64,000 bases of DNA, taken from positions 145,824,001 to 145,888,000 of the forward strand of contig OX597817.1 in assembly GCA_951406725.2 (NCBI GenBank). The letters are read 5' to 3'. The notes beneath the pieces were generated by a model that was not told the origin of the DNA, ran no database searches, and saw nothing but the letters and a program-made list of their open reading frames with translations. The DNA is from Octopus vulgaris (lineage: Eukaryota). This document shows positions 13,325 through 26,316 of the stretch, piece after piece (position 1 is the stretch's first letter; each line of letters opens with the position of its first letter). The position numbers and the translations under genes are program-made.

Positions 13325-13898
13325 TATATATATATATATATATATATACACACCAAATTTTAAAATTTTCCTTAAACTTTAAAATTTCCATAGGTGCAAC
13401 CAAACAGAAAAAGCCAAAAGATCCCACAAAAAATTTTAAATGTTCGTGTTTAGAGGGGAAATTTGATCTTTATTTGACAATGTGACAACAACTTTCTAAA
13501 CATTTCGTCTATTTATGAGGCAAGTATACATCCACCATCACATTTGATATATCATTCTCTTTTTAAGACAGTAGGATGTGATGTAAAGGAAATTTGCTTG
13601 TTATTTCTAGAAGGTGGAGCGAATACAATAAAGCTTCTCCGCTGACTCGTTTTTTCGTGATATATCAACATCTGGTAATTCGATAACAAAACGATGAAAT
13701 TTCATTACAACTTTTCTTTTTCGTGGGTTCGATAAATAAGCAGCAACGCTATTAGTACATTCAGAGTGTGTGGGACGGTTTGCCTTGCATATCCCCTATA
13801 CAAATCAGATGTTTTATGTAAACTACATATTAGCAGTTCGTTGCGGCCCAAAGTAACTACCTTTAGATATCGGCTTCAAATATCGTTTTTGGGTGTCA

Positions 13899-13914
13899 AC
13901 TTCCTGCGCATGCG
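13899..13914. promoter_or_regulatory. Candidate TATA-less promoter core: ETS site overlapping an NRF1-type site
   Basis: ACTTCCTGCGCATGCG in apparently unique DNA, near the apparent switch from CpG-poor to CpG-retaining sequence. Confidence 0.35.
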
Positions 13915-15088
13915 TTGAAGACGGAGTTTAGCGTGCAAGAAGGCGAAGCTTTCAAGAGTTTTTTCACAATGAACGAAATATATTTATGAATGTATAAACA
14001 ACTAAGATTTTCAGTAGCCCTGCTTTCCATTTCTGTCTCTAACTGATTCTATAAATTCTATTGTCACTGTGCATTAAAAATACACATTCAAAAAAAGTTT
14101 TGTCTTGAACATTTCCTAAAAATAACGAAGAATAAGATTAAATGAAAAATCCTCCAATTTTCAGGAAAAAACAAAACAAATTGCCTTTTTTTAATTATAG
14201 CTATATTATGATACGGGAGGAGGAGTAAAAATGTAAAAAAATTAAATGTTTTGAACCAAAATTCTTTCATAGAAAGAAACAAACAGCCAGTTCCTTTGCC
14301 CTTTTCCATCTTCATGAGGAAGTGGTGGCTATTCCGAAAGTGCGCTCATCAAAGATTACAATTGTCTCGTGAGTAAAAATTTATCAAAATAAAGGAGTGG
14401 AGTGCAGGGGTGGGGATTTTACAAATACAAGGAAAATTATTCAAAGAAATTTATAAATGAAACTACATCGAAAAAGAACTAGATTAAGACCCTGTTATAT
14501 TTAATTATGTGGTTGCACAAATAAATTGTAAAAATAAGCATTTCAAAAAAGAGGCAGTGCCGACTCACTTCAGATTCTTGCAACGCTTAAAAGCAAAATT
14601 GACTACGCTATGTGCTGTTGACACAGCTTGTGTCAAACTGAACATAGCCTTGCCCACTGAGAGATTTTGACTGTTACAGCGAAAATGAGAACGGCAAACA
14701 GCATCAGACACAATCACCTAGCTACACGGAACGTGTTACGTTGTTGTTCATTTAGGTAGATATTTCTACACAATGGGGTTACTGTCTGTTCTTAATCTAT
14801 TTCACATTTTCTCAACTATTTATAAACACAGTCTACTGTCACTAAATTGGTGTTCACGTTAACCGTATAATGCGCAGCATGCCTGTTTGCTCTTTATGCA
14901 TAGTAACATCACTGGTATTATATATTGGGTCAAATCATTCAACTGTCTCCCCTTCTTTATAAAGGAAACATACATTTATCTCAAACCAACGAGACAACAT
15001 CGACGTAGTCGCTCAATCTGTTAGAAATAGCAATCAAATCTCCTTCCAAATCATTGCCTTTGAGAAAAGAGTGTTATATTAAATGTAA

Positions 15089-15482
15089 TCTCTCTCTATA
15101 TATAAAGCTGAAGTTGTCTGTGTATGGCAGGTTTGGTAGCCTTCAACTAACACTATCTCCTCCGAGACCCTGTGGCGCAAGTTGACCAAAATTGAGAGTA
15201 TGATAGAAGAAGGCTTGCTCTTCCTTCCGTAGAAGAAAAAAATTCAAATCGGACCATGTTAACACCAAAAATTATTTACATCAAAAATTGCTTTTTTTCT
15301 ATGAAAATCCCTATATTTTACGATTTTTTGACTGTTGTGTCGCCATTTTTCGGTGTATTTCAACCAGAAAAATGTTCACTTAAAGAGAATAACAAGTTAT
15401 ATAATGTAAAATTTTTACTTTTCAAAAATTCCAATTCTAAAGGGTTGAAACAAACCCGAGCAACGCCGGGCGATACTGCTAG
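15089..15482 (+). mobile_element. Non-autonomous Helitron (family 1), full length
   Basis: 5' TC, 3' hairpin CCCGAGCAACGCCGGG then CTAG, inserted between A and T with no TSD. Second copy at 54136-54506. Confidence 0.85.
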
Positions 15483-16189
15483 TTCTAGAAAAAGATAGGT
15501 GGAATGACGAGAATATTGCTTTTAATCATAGGCCTTCTCGGTCAAAGTTGACGTGGCTTCACATTACTATTTCTAATTTCGGCATAAGGCTAGCTGTTTT
15601 AAGAGGAGTGGGTTTGTCATTACCACCAACTCCAATAGCTGGTACTTCCTTTAATCGATTCCGTGCGAATGAAAGACCAAATTGACCTCGGCGGCATTTG
15701 AAATAACATAAAGAGCAGGAAACAATAAATACTCATTGAGTGTATTATTTCTGTGATGAGGACGGTGGCTGATAATTTCTTCCTGTATTGAGCTGAAGAC
15801 TAAGGTTTGTCACAAGTATCTTTTTTTTTTTTTTTTTTTGTAATTTTAAAGAATAATTATTTCTAAACTTTGTGGCAAGTTCCATTAATTCAACTTCGTG
15901 TTTACTTCAAAAATTTAGTTATTTGTAGGTTTGAATGAGGCAGTAATTCATGAAGAGAAATATGTCAATCCATATGAAACAAAGTTTGAGTTAAACGCGT
16001 TGAAGACTTAGTGTTATGAATACGTTCTTGAAATGAATTTCTTTGGGGTCAGATATTTAATGTTTAATATAAGGAGAAAAAAATGTAGGTGGTATGAAAG
16101 AATGGGAAACAATATAGGTTGTCGATGTAACTTGGCGGAATAGAGATACGGTAAATCGATATCTCGTTCGGCTAAAACTTGTTTCGTAT

Positions 16190-17266
16190 TGTTGTGAATA
16201 GTTCAGCTGGTACAGTACTTCTTGACCTACTTTGCTTGGGGTGGAGACTGAAAGTCTACAATACAAAGTTATAGTCCTTTGTTTTAAAAAGAGTAATGAG
16301 CCTTTAGGGGACCTTTGGCCTTGTGCCGGTCAGGGAAAGTTCGTTGTAGACACCCCTTAAATAAGCAGTTCAGTTTGTGAGTGGGAGAGTCAGTCGGCAT
16401 TTGGGATTCAGGGCAAGCGGTTGGCAGTCAGGATTTGGGATTCAGGGCAAGCGGTTGGCAGTCAGGATTTGGGATTCAAGGCAAGCAGTTGGCAGTTGGA
16501 TTGTACAGCGAGTTAGTAATGGTTTGTTCTGCTGTGACAGAGAGAGATATACAGAGGATTAGGCAGCTAATAGAGATGGAATACAATGTGAGGCATTGGC
16601 TGATGTAACGGTATGTGTTGATATGTGAATTATGTAAAGAGACTATAACGAACTGTTACAGAAGTGAGTAAAGGACTTGTTGATGTGTTGATTATTGAGT
16701 TGTGTTACCTATGTAAAAGAAAGAGAGAAAAAGAAAGGCTCTGTTGTAGTCTTTAATGAACATTGAACATATATGCCTTTAATGTGATTTGAACTGTAAC
16801 GTTAATGTGATTTGAAACAGAACTGTTGTCTCCGGACTGTATATTGCATCAATCTGAACCGTTATTGTACCCGAATGCTGTGATCTGTTGTATACCTGTA
16901 TTGACTTGTTGTTTAATTCGACGTGTACTCTTGAAATGCTGTTGTTATTGCATTTGATGTGTTGTTACTTGCATGTATTTCCTCTTTGATGTATCTGATA
17001 TGTATTTGATGTTGTAACAATTATAAAGTGTTATAAACTGTCGTTAAATGTAGGCCAATTGCCTTCCGCTGTGTTTCTTTGTGCCTCCGTGTCTCTTCCT
17101 GCAGCTGTTGTTGTTGTCTCTCTCTCCTCTCTGAGTTCCGTGGCGAACTTTCGCCGATCGATCGAACCTGGTCAATCGTCGTCGCTCGACTTGTTGGGAT
17201 CCCGGGTTGACGAGTTCGAGCGACGGCAGGTGGGATTCCGTAGCAACCTTCGGGGGTCCCGTAACA
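16190..17266 (+). mobile_element. Solo LTR (~1.08 kb)
   Basis: TGTTGTG...CGTAACA termini, 4-bp TSD GTAT (16186-16189 and 17267-17270), TATA-like CTTAAATAAG followed by TCAGTT at ~16356-16375, and three ~32-bp tandem repeats at 16396-16495. Confidence 0.75.
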
Positions 17267-17295
17267 GTATTAAGATTAGCTGAACAAAAATAAAC

Positions 17296-17340
<45 letters not shown>

Positions 17341-17925
17341 TTTCAGTCCCGTTTATACAACCAGTGCATGCTTCAGAGGTACTACTCGCTCATTCGACCA
17401 ATAAAGCGGTGAAAAAAGATGAACGACCACCTAGCTGCATAAAAGTTGCCATAGATGCAACATCTTTCGATGTCTAATTTAAACAGATTTAGAAAGCCTC
17501 CACTATAAGCATGTTCTATCAGTTACGTTCTATGTATTAACCACTATACAATGATTTTACTTAACAATATATAAATTTGCGGAATCATATCCACGTGTGT
17601 TTAGTCTCGCTGTAAAATGCTATTTTTAAGTAACTTGGGATGAACGTTGAAAACCCAGTTTCATTGTTATCTAATAACTCAACATCACTCACTTACCACT
17701 TCTTTTCATAATGCCTAGCGCTAGCTACAAAAGGATTTTTATTAAAATGTAAACAAATCTGTGCCAGGCACAGTTCATATACATTTTGTTTCAGAGCTGT
17801 CGGCACTTCACATAACATTAATTTTCTCTACAATTACCGGGTCTTCTCGCTTCCTCTGCCGTAACGGTCACTGCTCTTTTAAATTAACTTTCTGAAATCA
17901 TTTTCACCAAAGCACAACCCATACA

Positions 17926-17968
<43 letters not shown>

Positions 17969-18134
17969 TATCATTGCTATTATCTGGTTCTTCTCCAGGA
18001 TGAACTGTTAGTCAAATAAGAATTTGTTTAGGGCACCAAGAGAAGAGAGCAAAACAGAAAAGCTTTTTTTTTCCCAGTGCAGGATTTACCATTGTGTAAA
18101 TGATGCTGGTAAGCAAGGGCTCCCCCACAAAAAG

Positions 18135-18798
18135 GGTACCCCAAAACATCTTTTACTCTTAGCCTTTTTGAGAAAAACTTATATTTACGAAGTTATTTCA
18201 CGTTAAAGTTGTAGTATTTCGGTAATTTCAACCAATCAATGACGTGTATTCAACTGAATAAAATTACTGCCGTTGTTTGTCAACAAGAACTTCCAGCGGT
18301 GTATATTTCGTTTGTCACTGTTATTTATGACAACTCTAACCCTAAAATCTTAAAGCTAAAACCAGTACAAACGCACGAACGATGTTATAAATAACAGTGA
18401 TAAAAGAAATACACACCACCCATAGTTGTTGTTGAATACACGTCATTGATTGGTTGAAATTACCGAAATACGAGAACTTTAAGGTGAAATAACTTCGTAA
18501 ATATAAGTTTTTCTCAAAAATGCTAAGAGTAAAAGGTGTTTTATATGACACATTCTACCAGTGTCCGAAGTTTGAAAGATTTTAGTTTCAAAAACTTATT
18601 TTTTAAATCTGTAGGTCTAAATGAGATTTGATCGCAGCAACGTGAAACTTCTTGACTATTTTCTACGCTAAACATGCTCATCAGTCTGAACAGATATAAT
18701 AATAGTAATACACATTCCTCAACACTTAGCTGCCATCTGTTTTTGGATAGAAAAATGGTATTTTCAGAGACTGTCAATCTGCGCATCGAGATTACCCC
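18135..18798. mobile_element. Non-autonomous DNA transposon/MITE with ~110-bp internal inverted repeats, left end truncated
   Basis: 18143-18253 is inverted at 18431-18541. Central CTAACCCTAA. Subterminal motif shared with the 33945-34358 MITE. Confidence 0.7.
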
Positions 18799-19774
18799 AG
18801 AAAATTAATCGCTTCTTCGTTCTGTTTTTTTTGTTCCAATTTTTTAACAGGCATGAAACAACTAACTCCAATTGCCAATTGGTTCAGGTAGAGGTATGTG
18901 GTTTAGTGGTTAAGGTGTTTTCGATTCCTGGACCGGGCGATGCGTTGTGTTCTTGGGCAAAACACTTCATTCCACATTGTTCAACCACTCAGCTGACAAA
19001 AATGAGTATTACTGCGACGGACCAACGTCCCCATCTAGAGGGGAATAAATGCGTCGCAGAAACCGGAAAAGCGGCCATATAAATCTATATGACTCAAGAT
19101 GAAGCTTTATCCTTCTTATCTGGGAAAGAGAGAGAGAGAGTCAAGCAAAATGTTCGACGGTAATTATTTACAGCACTTTGCCCCGAGTTCAAGTCAGGCT
19201 AGCGTCAATAAAATAAGTAACAGTCAAGTATGTGGTTTTGCGATAGCGATAAAACAAATAAATATTTCTTACTTAGATACATTAAAAAAAAAAAGGAAAG
19301 AAAGAAATAGCTACATCTTGAAAATATTCAAGATTAATGAATATTTTCTGAGAATTATCTAGCATTCACAGACATTTGGTATTGTCATTTTCTGGAATGT
19401 TTCTATTCTATCGTGGTACGTATACTGAATCTATACAAAAGCAGTTGTTTAACATTCCATCTGTTCTAGTTGCAAATGAAATGATGCACGCATTTAATAA
19501 AACTGTCACAATATTTTCTTCAAGAGCTACAGTTGTAATTTCTTAGTCTCTCAACTACCACACATCAATGTCACTTGGTGCTGATAAGTCAGTTAACAAA
19601 ATACGGTCATTTTTTATTTCTTATCAGGTTTAATGATATCAAATTCATTGAGTGGTGACGGTAGTGGTTGGTGGTTCGAATGTATGCTTAAGTTCCACTG
19701 GATATTTGAATTTCCATTTATTTTCTGGCAAGTGTTTTGTTTCATATTTGTACACTACCTTAATTATAGACAAG

Positions 19775-20117
19775 AAGGCGGCGAGCTGGCAGAAACGTTA
19801 GCACGCCGGACGAAATGCGTAGCCGTATTTCGTCTGCCGTTACGTTCTGAGTTCAAATTCCGCCGAGGTCGACTTTGCCTTTCATCCATTTGGAGTCGAT
19901 AAATTAAGTACCAGTTACGCACTGGGGTCGATTAGATAAGTACCAGTTATGCAATGGGGTCGATATAATCGACTTAATCCGTTTATCTGTCCTTGTTTGT
20001 CCTTTCTGTGTTTAGCCCCTTGTGGGTAGTAAAGAAATAGATATAATCGACTTAATCCGTTCGTCTATCCTTGTTTGTCCCCTTTGTGTGTAGCCCCTTG
20101 TGGGCAATAAAGAAATA
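19775..20117 (+). mobile_element. tRNA-derived SINE family B, young copy with internal duplications
   Basis: GGCGGCGAGCTGGCAG head, GAGTTCAAATTC B-box, GCCTTTCATCC...GTCGATAAATTAAGTACCAG central domain, duplicated AAAGAAAT tail. Confidence 0.9.
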
Positions 20118-20879
20118 ATTATAGACAGACCTAACCAAACTAGGATGAAATAGTAGCAACGATTGAACGAAAAACAAAACTCTCTTACAGAATATAGTCA
20201 CGTCTCTTTACGTTCCCAGTTGAAATCTCATCAAAGTTAAATTTGTTTTCATCCACCCAAGACCTGATCCGATTCAATTGGTTTTAAACTTTCCCTATGC
20301 ATCCCCAAGAGAATGTTGTGGTTCGTAGTTTGTGTACTTGATGTTGGTAGAAAACGAAAATATCTTTCTAGGGTTGCGTGTAAAAAGGACACTCACAAAC
20401 TATTAACAGAAGCTTTATTTACTGCTAACAGAAAATTTATTTACTGCTTATAATGTTTTCTGTGTTGGTCTTTGGATGAAAAATAACAAGGACAATTTCA
20501 CACCAAGAGAGACACATTACTGGGAATTACGGCAAACTCACTGATATATATATATATATATAGCAATCTGTGACTGGCCCATTATAACTGGAAAATAATC
20601 AGGCTATATTCATGACGACAAAATCTGTGTGTTATAAACTGTCATAAGAACGGAAACGTCAAGCGCCTGCCTCAATATTCTGGAGTTACTGCCAAAATAC
20701 CACCTTTATATAGGATTCAATGAGTAAGTTTTAGAAAGTAGAATCACGCGGTTACTTGACGCTCATTAATCGGTTAACCGACCGAGCACGTGAAATGACC
20801 ATGGCCTAGCCGTGATGCTTACTCGACAACTCGGTTTCGAATCTGCTATATCATCATCATCATCATTAATAAGGACGAT

Positions 20880-22104
20880 CTTCCTGGATCCAGAAGGTGT
20901 CTGAGGTCCTGGACGTGAGAGGCAACGAAAGACATACTTTAAGGCTAGTTGCCGTCTATGCCCCGACAGAGGCAGAACGACCAGATTTCTTCAGATGTCT
21001 GGAAATCTTCCTAGGAAGTGTTAGTGCCTAAAGCTTTCGATAGGGTCGACCATCTATACCTGGCGGCGGTCCTCAAGGCAGCTGGTTTCGGACCTGTAGT
21101 GTTAGTGGAGGATTGGAATGGAGTTTTAGATGTAAGGTGGGGCTGTGTAAATTTAGTAGATAGGAAAGAAGGGTGCAAAAGCATCGTAAACCTGCTCAGA
21201 CGATTCCAACTGTCTGACAGGTATCGACTGGATTTCCCAGATGTGCCAGTGTAGACCTGGTCAAACAGCATCGGGTTACTCAGATCGTATTTAGATAGGG
21301 TGTTCTGTAGAGTAGCAGATAAGGATAGCATAGATTGTCCACAGTTTAAAGTAGTCGACTACACAGACCATAAGTTCGTGTACAGTCGACTTAGACAAGC
21401 TTCATAGACAGGGACCCGGTTACTTGAAGCTGAACATGTCGTTGCCGGCGTGTAAAGATTTTTCATCGGATAAGTGAACTAGTTAAGAGGACGTTGATGG
21501 GGGCAACAATCAACAATAAATGGTGGTTCGCCCTGAAAAGGGCTATTAGAATAGAATCGATAAGGTTTAGCAAAGGATTAGCAGTAGAAAGAAACAGAGT
21601 AGAGGCAGAGTTAATCAAAAAGCTAGGCGAGGCTTTTAGAAAAAGCACTCACGACCGATATGCTCGCAGCAAGATTGGCACTCGACCAATTTTTCAACGC
21701 GAAACACGAAGGTTGCGTTGTCAGAGCTAAGGCACGAGCACTTAGACACGAAGGGACGAGGGCCCGAGTGACAGAGGCACGGCGTGGCAATAAATCCACG
21801 ATCCAATCCTTGCCTAAAGCTTTCGATAGGGTCGACCATCTATACCTGGCGGCGGTCCTCAAGGCAGCTGATTTCGGACCTGTATTCAGGGGGTGGATCG
21901 CTGCAATGTACAGCGACATCTGTTCAGTAGTCAGAGTGAACGGTCATCTCTCAGAGTCGTTCAAAGTCATACGATCGGTCCGTCAGGGTTACCCACTCTC
22001 GTCTCTTTTGTATGTACTGACTTTAGAGCCATCACTACGCAAACTGGAGACGTTGAAAGGCATCTCGCGTGACCTAGGATGTGGGAGATGCGTGTCGACA
22101 TAAC
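20880..22104 (+). mobile_element. Tx1/L1-clade LINE ORF2 remnant (APE endonuclease plus RT) with internal deletion
   Basis: LRLVAVYAP, DWNGVLD, TWSN...SYLDRV, TDHK, GPGYLKLN (APE region); KAFDRVDH, RSVRQGYPLSSLLYVL (RT). Confidence 0.9.
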
Positions 22105-23135
22105 GCCCATTATAGTAAATTTATTATTATCGTCGTCGTTGTTACTGTTGTTAATATTGTAAAATTTATCGTCACTGACATAGAAAATACAGATAGGGTT
22201 CATTAATGACAAATACAAAGTGTTCAGCATAACAACTAATACAAGAAACTTCAATGCGAGCATTTGAATAACAAGAAATAACAGCAAAATGCCATAAACC
22301 CCTCACTACCGTCCTGAAAAGGAAGGAGACATTGTACAATATAGTCTTAGAGATAGAACCAGACGAAATGATTGAGGCTCGAATACTTTTGCTAAATAAA
22401 GTTGGCCTTGGGTTAAAAGAACAACAAGCAAGTATTCTAGTTATCTTTTACTAATAATATATTCTTTTTGGCTTCAGAAAGATCTGTGTAATGTTGGATT
22501 GTGTGTCTTAGATAAAATTGCTCGCGGGAAACGTAGTAGACTATAGCAAAAAGAATTTAGTATTTCTACATATTAAACTAACTGTGAATATGTTTTAGAG
22601 GAATAACACGAGAAAAGAAATGATGTCACAATGTTAAAAATAAACAAATAAAACCGTATCAGAATTTTGTCTACACGTACAAAGCAAAGTTATACATGAT
22701 ATTTTTTAAAATGTGAACATTTCAATATTAGAAAACTCTTTTACTTGTTAACTATTGACGATATATCAAATTGTTTCATTACATATTTCTGTTTAAAAAA
22801 CAAGAAACCATCCAAGTCAGAATGTACTCAACGATATACAACGAAGCCTCAGCTAACCTAGTGGACAGTCAACTTAAAACTGGTTGAGTGTCCATTATTT
22901 TAAAGACGCAGTAGATTTATATGACGTAAGTATTTTGTGACTTTAAATTAGAAATTAAATTTTTTGCAAAATAGTTTTGGCTATATCGATATCTCCAGAA
23001 AATATTATCTGAATTATGCAAATGGCATGGATGTATCGTAAAAAGATGAAGTTTTATCATATAATGGCTTTTCGTTTTAGATATGCAAAATCCGTCTTTA
23101 ATGTCATTAATAATCCCTGCATTATCTCGTTCGGA

Positions 23136-23339
23136 TCTTGTTAAAATTCTCCCAACCGCTTGAAGTATTTTAAATTTTCACCAGATTGGAAGCTTCCGGT
23201 TGGTTTAAATTACATAATCGTTAATGCACTTAACTTTATTATTAATTTCTATTAAAAAAAATGAATATGATTTTTGTCTTCAAAAATAATCTCGTTGAAA
23301 TATGAAATACTTCAAATGGTTGGAAGGAATTTAACAAGA
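23136..23339. mobile_element. Small MITE-like inverted-repeat element (related copy at ~41185-41330)
   Basis: TCTTGTTAAAATTCTCCCAACCGCTTGAAGTATTT ... AAATACTTCAAATGGTTGGAAGGAATTTAACAAGA. Confidence 0.55.
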
Positions 23340-23432
23340 ACCCAAATTAAATTAATGTATTATATTGATTAGATATAACGAGGAAGCATCTACGCTATTG
23401 CATGACCAGCTACAATTCCATTCCTGATAGGG

Positions 23433-23578
23433 GAAGAAAAAAGATACCCTTCCCCTCACCCCTAACCCTAACCCTAAAACAGATTGAAAAGCAATAGATC
23501 GATACTAGGGTCATAATTATGGGTGACAATTTCTTATGACAGCGCTAGAAAAAACTGCCGTTCAAACCGAAAAGATCC
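23433..23578 (+). mobile_element. Right-end fragment of the Merlin-like MITE
   Basis: Near-identical to 34214-34358, including (CCCTAA)n and the TIR. Confidence 0.85.
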
Positions 23579-23994
23579 CAGAAGGCTATAATCTGCCATC
23601 TTTCCATTTCATTCTGTTTTTCTTCTTTTAACCGTACAATTCTGTACAGCAGTCTGTTCATTTCCGCCATGTTCTCTATTTTATTTGGATGATTTTCTTA
23701 TCGTGCTAGACGAGACGAGCTTGCTAGCTCTGAACTTCACTCTTCTCCTTTTATTGGAGAAAAGAAACAGTGCTCCTGTAAGTACGATATAAACTAAATG
23801 ACTCCAGAACAGATGGAATAAAAATGGAGTTAAATGACTGCTTCATTATTTTATTCATTTCTGGATGTCTTAGAAACCTACTGTCGTTTAAATATCTGGA
23901 AATTTCATGTGATACTAAATCGTCCATGGACTTGTAGCGTACACTCGAGTGAAATTTCTCTTCACTTTATTATATATACGAACATAGTATATAT

Positions 23995-24387
23995 AGGAGT
24001 GGCTGTGTGGTAAGTAGCTTGTTTACCAACCACATGGTTCCGGGTTCAGTCCCATTGCGTGGCACCTTGGGCAAGTGTCTTCTACTATAGCCTCGGGCCG
24101 ACCAAAGCCTTGTGAGTGGATTTGGTAGACGGAAACTGAAAGAAGCCCGTCGTCTATATGTATATATATATGTATGTGTGTGTGTCTGTGTTTGTCCGCC
24201 TAGCATTGCTTGACAACCGATGCTGGTGTGTTTATGTCCCCGTTACTTAGCGGTTCGGCAAAAGAGACCGATAGAATAAGTACTGGGCTTATAAAAGAAT
24301 AAGTCCCGGGGTCGAGTTGCTCGATTAAAGGCGGTGCTCCAGCATGGCCGCAGTCAAATGACTGAAACATGTAAAAGAGTAAGAGTA
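23995..24387 (+). mobile_element. Full-length CORE-like tRNA SINE (family A)
   Basis: A-box TGGCTGTGTGG, B-box GGTTCAGTCCC, CORE-like GCACCTTGGGCAAGTG, internal (TA)/(TG) microsatellite, GTAAAAGA tail. Confidence 0.92.
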
Positions 24388-26083
24388 TAGTAGATAACAG
24401 CTAACCGTTGGCCGATATTTGGACCCCGTTGGGTCCACTACTCTGATTGGTTAGTATTGGCGCAAGTTGTCTCTTACTTTCTCGCGCCAATATGCAGCAT
24501 AACCAATCGAAGTCCCTAAATAAGATCACGTGAGACAGCCTGTTCACAATCCAATTCGAACCTACTGTTACTCATAAAAACTCAACTACTCCTCGTCTCG
24601 AAGTCTTTGGTTTCAGAGCTTCTAAGGTCTAGCCACGGACCACTATCTATAAACTCTCCACAACAACATTCACCAGGAATACAAATATCTTAACACCCTA
24701 CTTTAATGCTGCCGTTATTTGTAGTTCATTGCCACTTAGTAAATTACCAACGTTAGCAATCACAGTAAAATGTTGACCTACACAGCCGAATGTTTGTCTC
24801 TGTGCCACAAATTTACGGGCTAGAATCCATTGATCGTAATTCGTCAAATTTAGATCTTTTCAAAGCAACATCCTATTCTCGTTATCTTATTTGAGAGAAC
24901 AAATCTGAACTAAAATTTGTCCACCATCTCATTGAAGGAATTAGAATTCCTGTTAGTGCGGATGGGGATGCAGTCCACCCGATGAAAATAAGCTTGGGAT
25001 TGCACAGAAACAAAGCAACGAAAAGCAGAAAATCAAGTCACTATTACGCAATAGCAAAGACGTTTGTGCCCAGACAAGGTCATTTGATAAATCATTATAT
25101 ATCATATAAATCATTATATATAAAACATTATATATTATCTCTGTTGCTGTATAAGCAGTTTAAAGATCAATAAATTGAAAAGTAAAACTGCTCAGAAAAG
25201 ATAAATCGATTTTGGCATCAACAAACAATTCTAAAGAAAGAAAAAGGTTTGATGCAGATGTATTAAAAAGAAGATTACGCAAATTTTATGCCTTTATCGA
25301 AATAGTCGTTGAAATCCATGTGTTTAATTTGTTCACTGAACACCACTGCGAATTTCCCCTTGTTTTTGTTTTTTTAAATACCCCCAAATCACAAAATAGG
25401 AGGGGATGTGCCCTATTTTTCAAATCTTGGCAGCAACACTGAAGCTAGAAGCAGGATAATAATCTAACTCTATACGTTTTTAAGTACAACACACGCGGAG
25501 TAAAAAAAAAAACACTACCTATCACCCGGCATTGTCGTTCACGCAGTGCTTTCTCTCCCTAGTGTGAAGCTTCCTATCTCGGATATGTGAGCAAACACCG
25601 CGTCGCTGGAACTGTGAAGTGCACAATTCTATACAAGGATTTTTGTATTTTTTTCATAAACTAGGGGATGGCTACTGACATTAAGCTTAAGGATTATATA
25701 ATGTACAGGTATAAAGAAAAATTAAAGAAAAAAGGACTCATTATATTGGATGTTATCGATAGTATCGAGTAGAAATAGGGGGTACTGCAGTTCCGCAATT
25801 CCTATACATAAGCCGCCACTTGTAGTCTAAGGCGGTCAGGACACCGCTACAGAATTGTCTGGAAGAAGAAATTGCCCCTTTTATATTAATTAAAGAGAAG
25901 GGAGAAGGTTGACGACAAGGAAAATATAGCTATTCCAAATTTGTTGGTGCATGAGGAAGCTTCAGCTGTTAACCTGGGGGAAACTTGGCGTTTGGGTGAC
26001 AAACAGAAGCAGCTGAGCTTAATAATCGCGCTGCACCTTATAGGTTCAATTGTATAGTTTACAGCCTTGTAAACTATTGTATA

Positions 26084-26316
26084 TATTTCTTTACTACCCC
26101 ACAAGGGGCTAAACACAGAGGGGACAAACAAGGACAGACAAATGGATTAAGTCGATTACATCGACCCCAGTACGTAACTGGTACTTAATTAATCGACCCC
26201 GAAAGGATGAAAGGCGAAGTCGACCTCGGCGGAATTTGAACCCAGATCGTAACGGCAGACGAAATACGGCTACGCATTTCGCCCGGCGTGCTAACGTTTC
26301 TGCCAGCTCGCCGCCT
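26084..26316 (-). mobile_element. SINE family B, full length, ~20-bp TSD
   Basis: AGCCTTGTAAA(C/T)TATTGTATA on both flanks. Confidence 0.92.
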
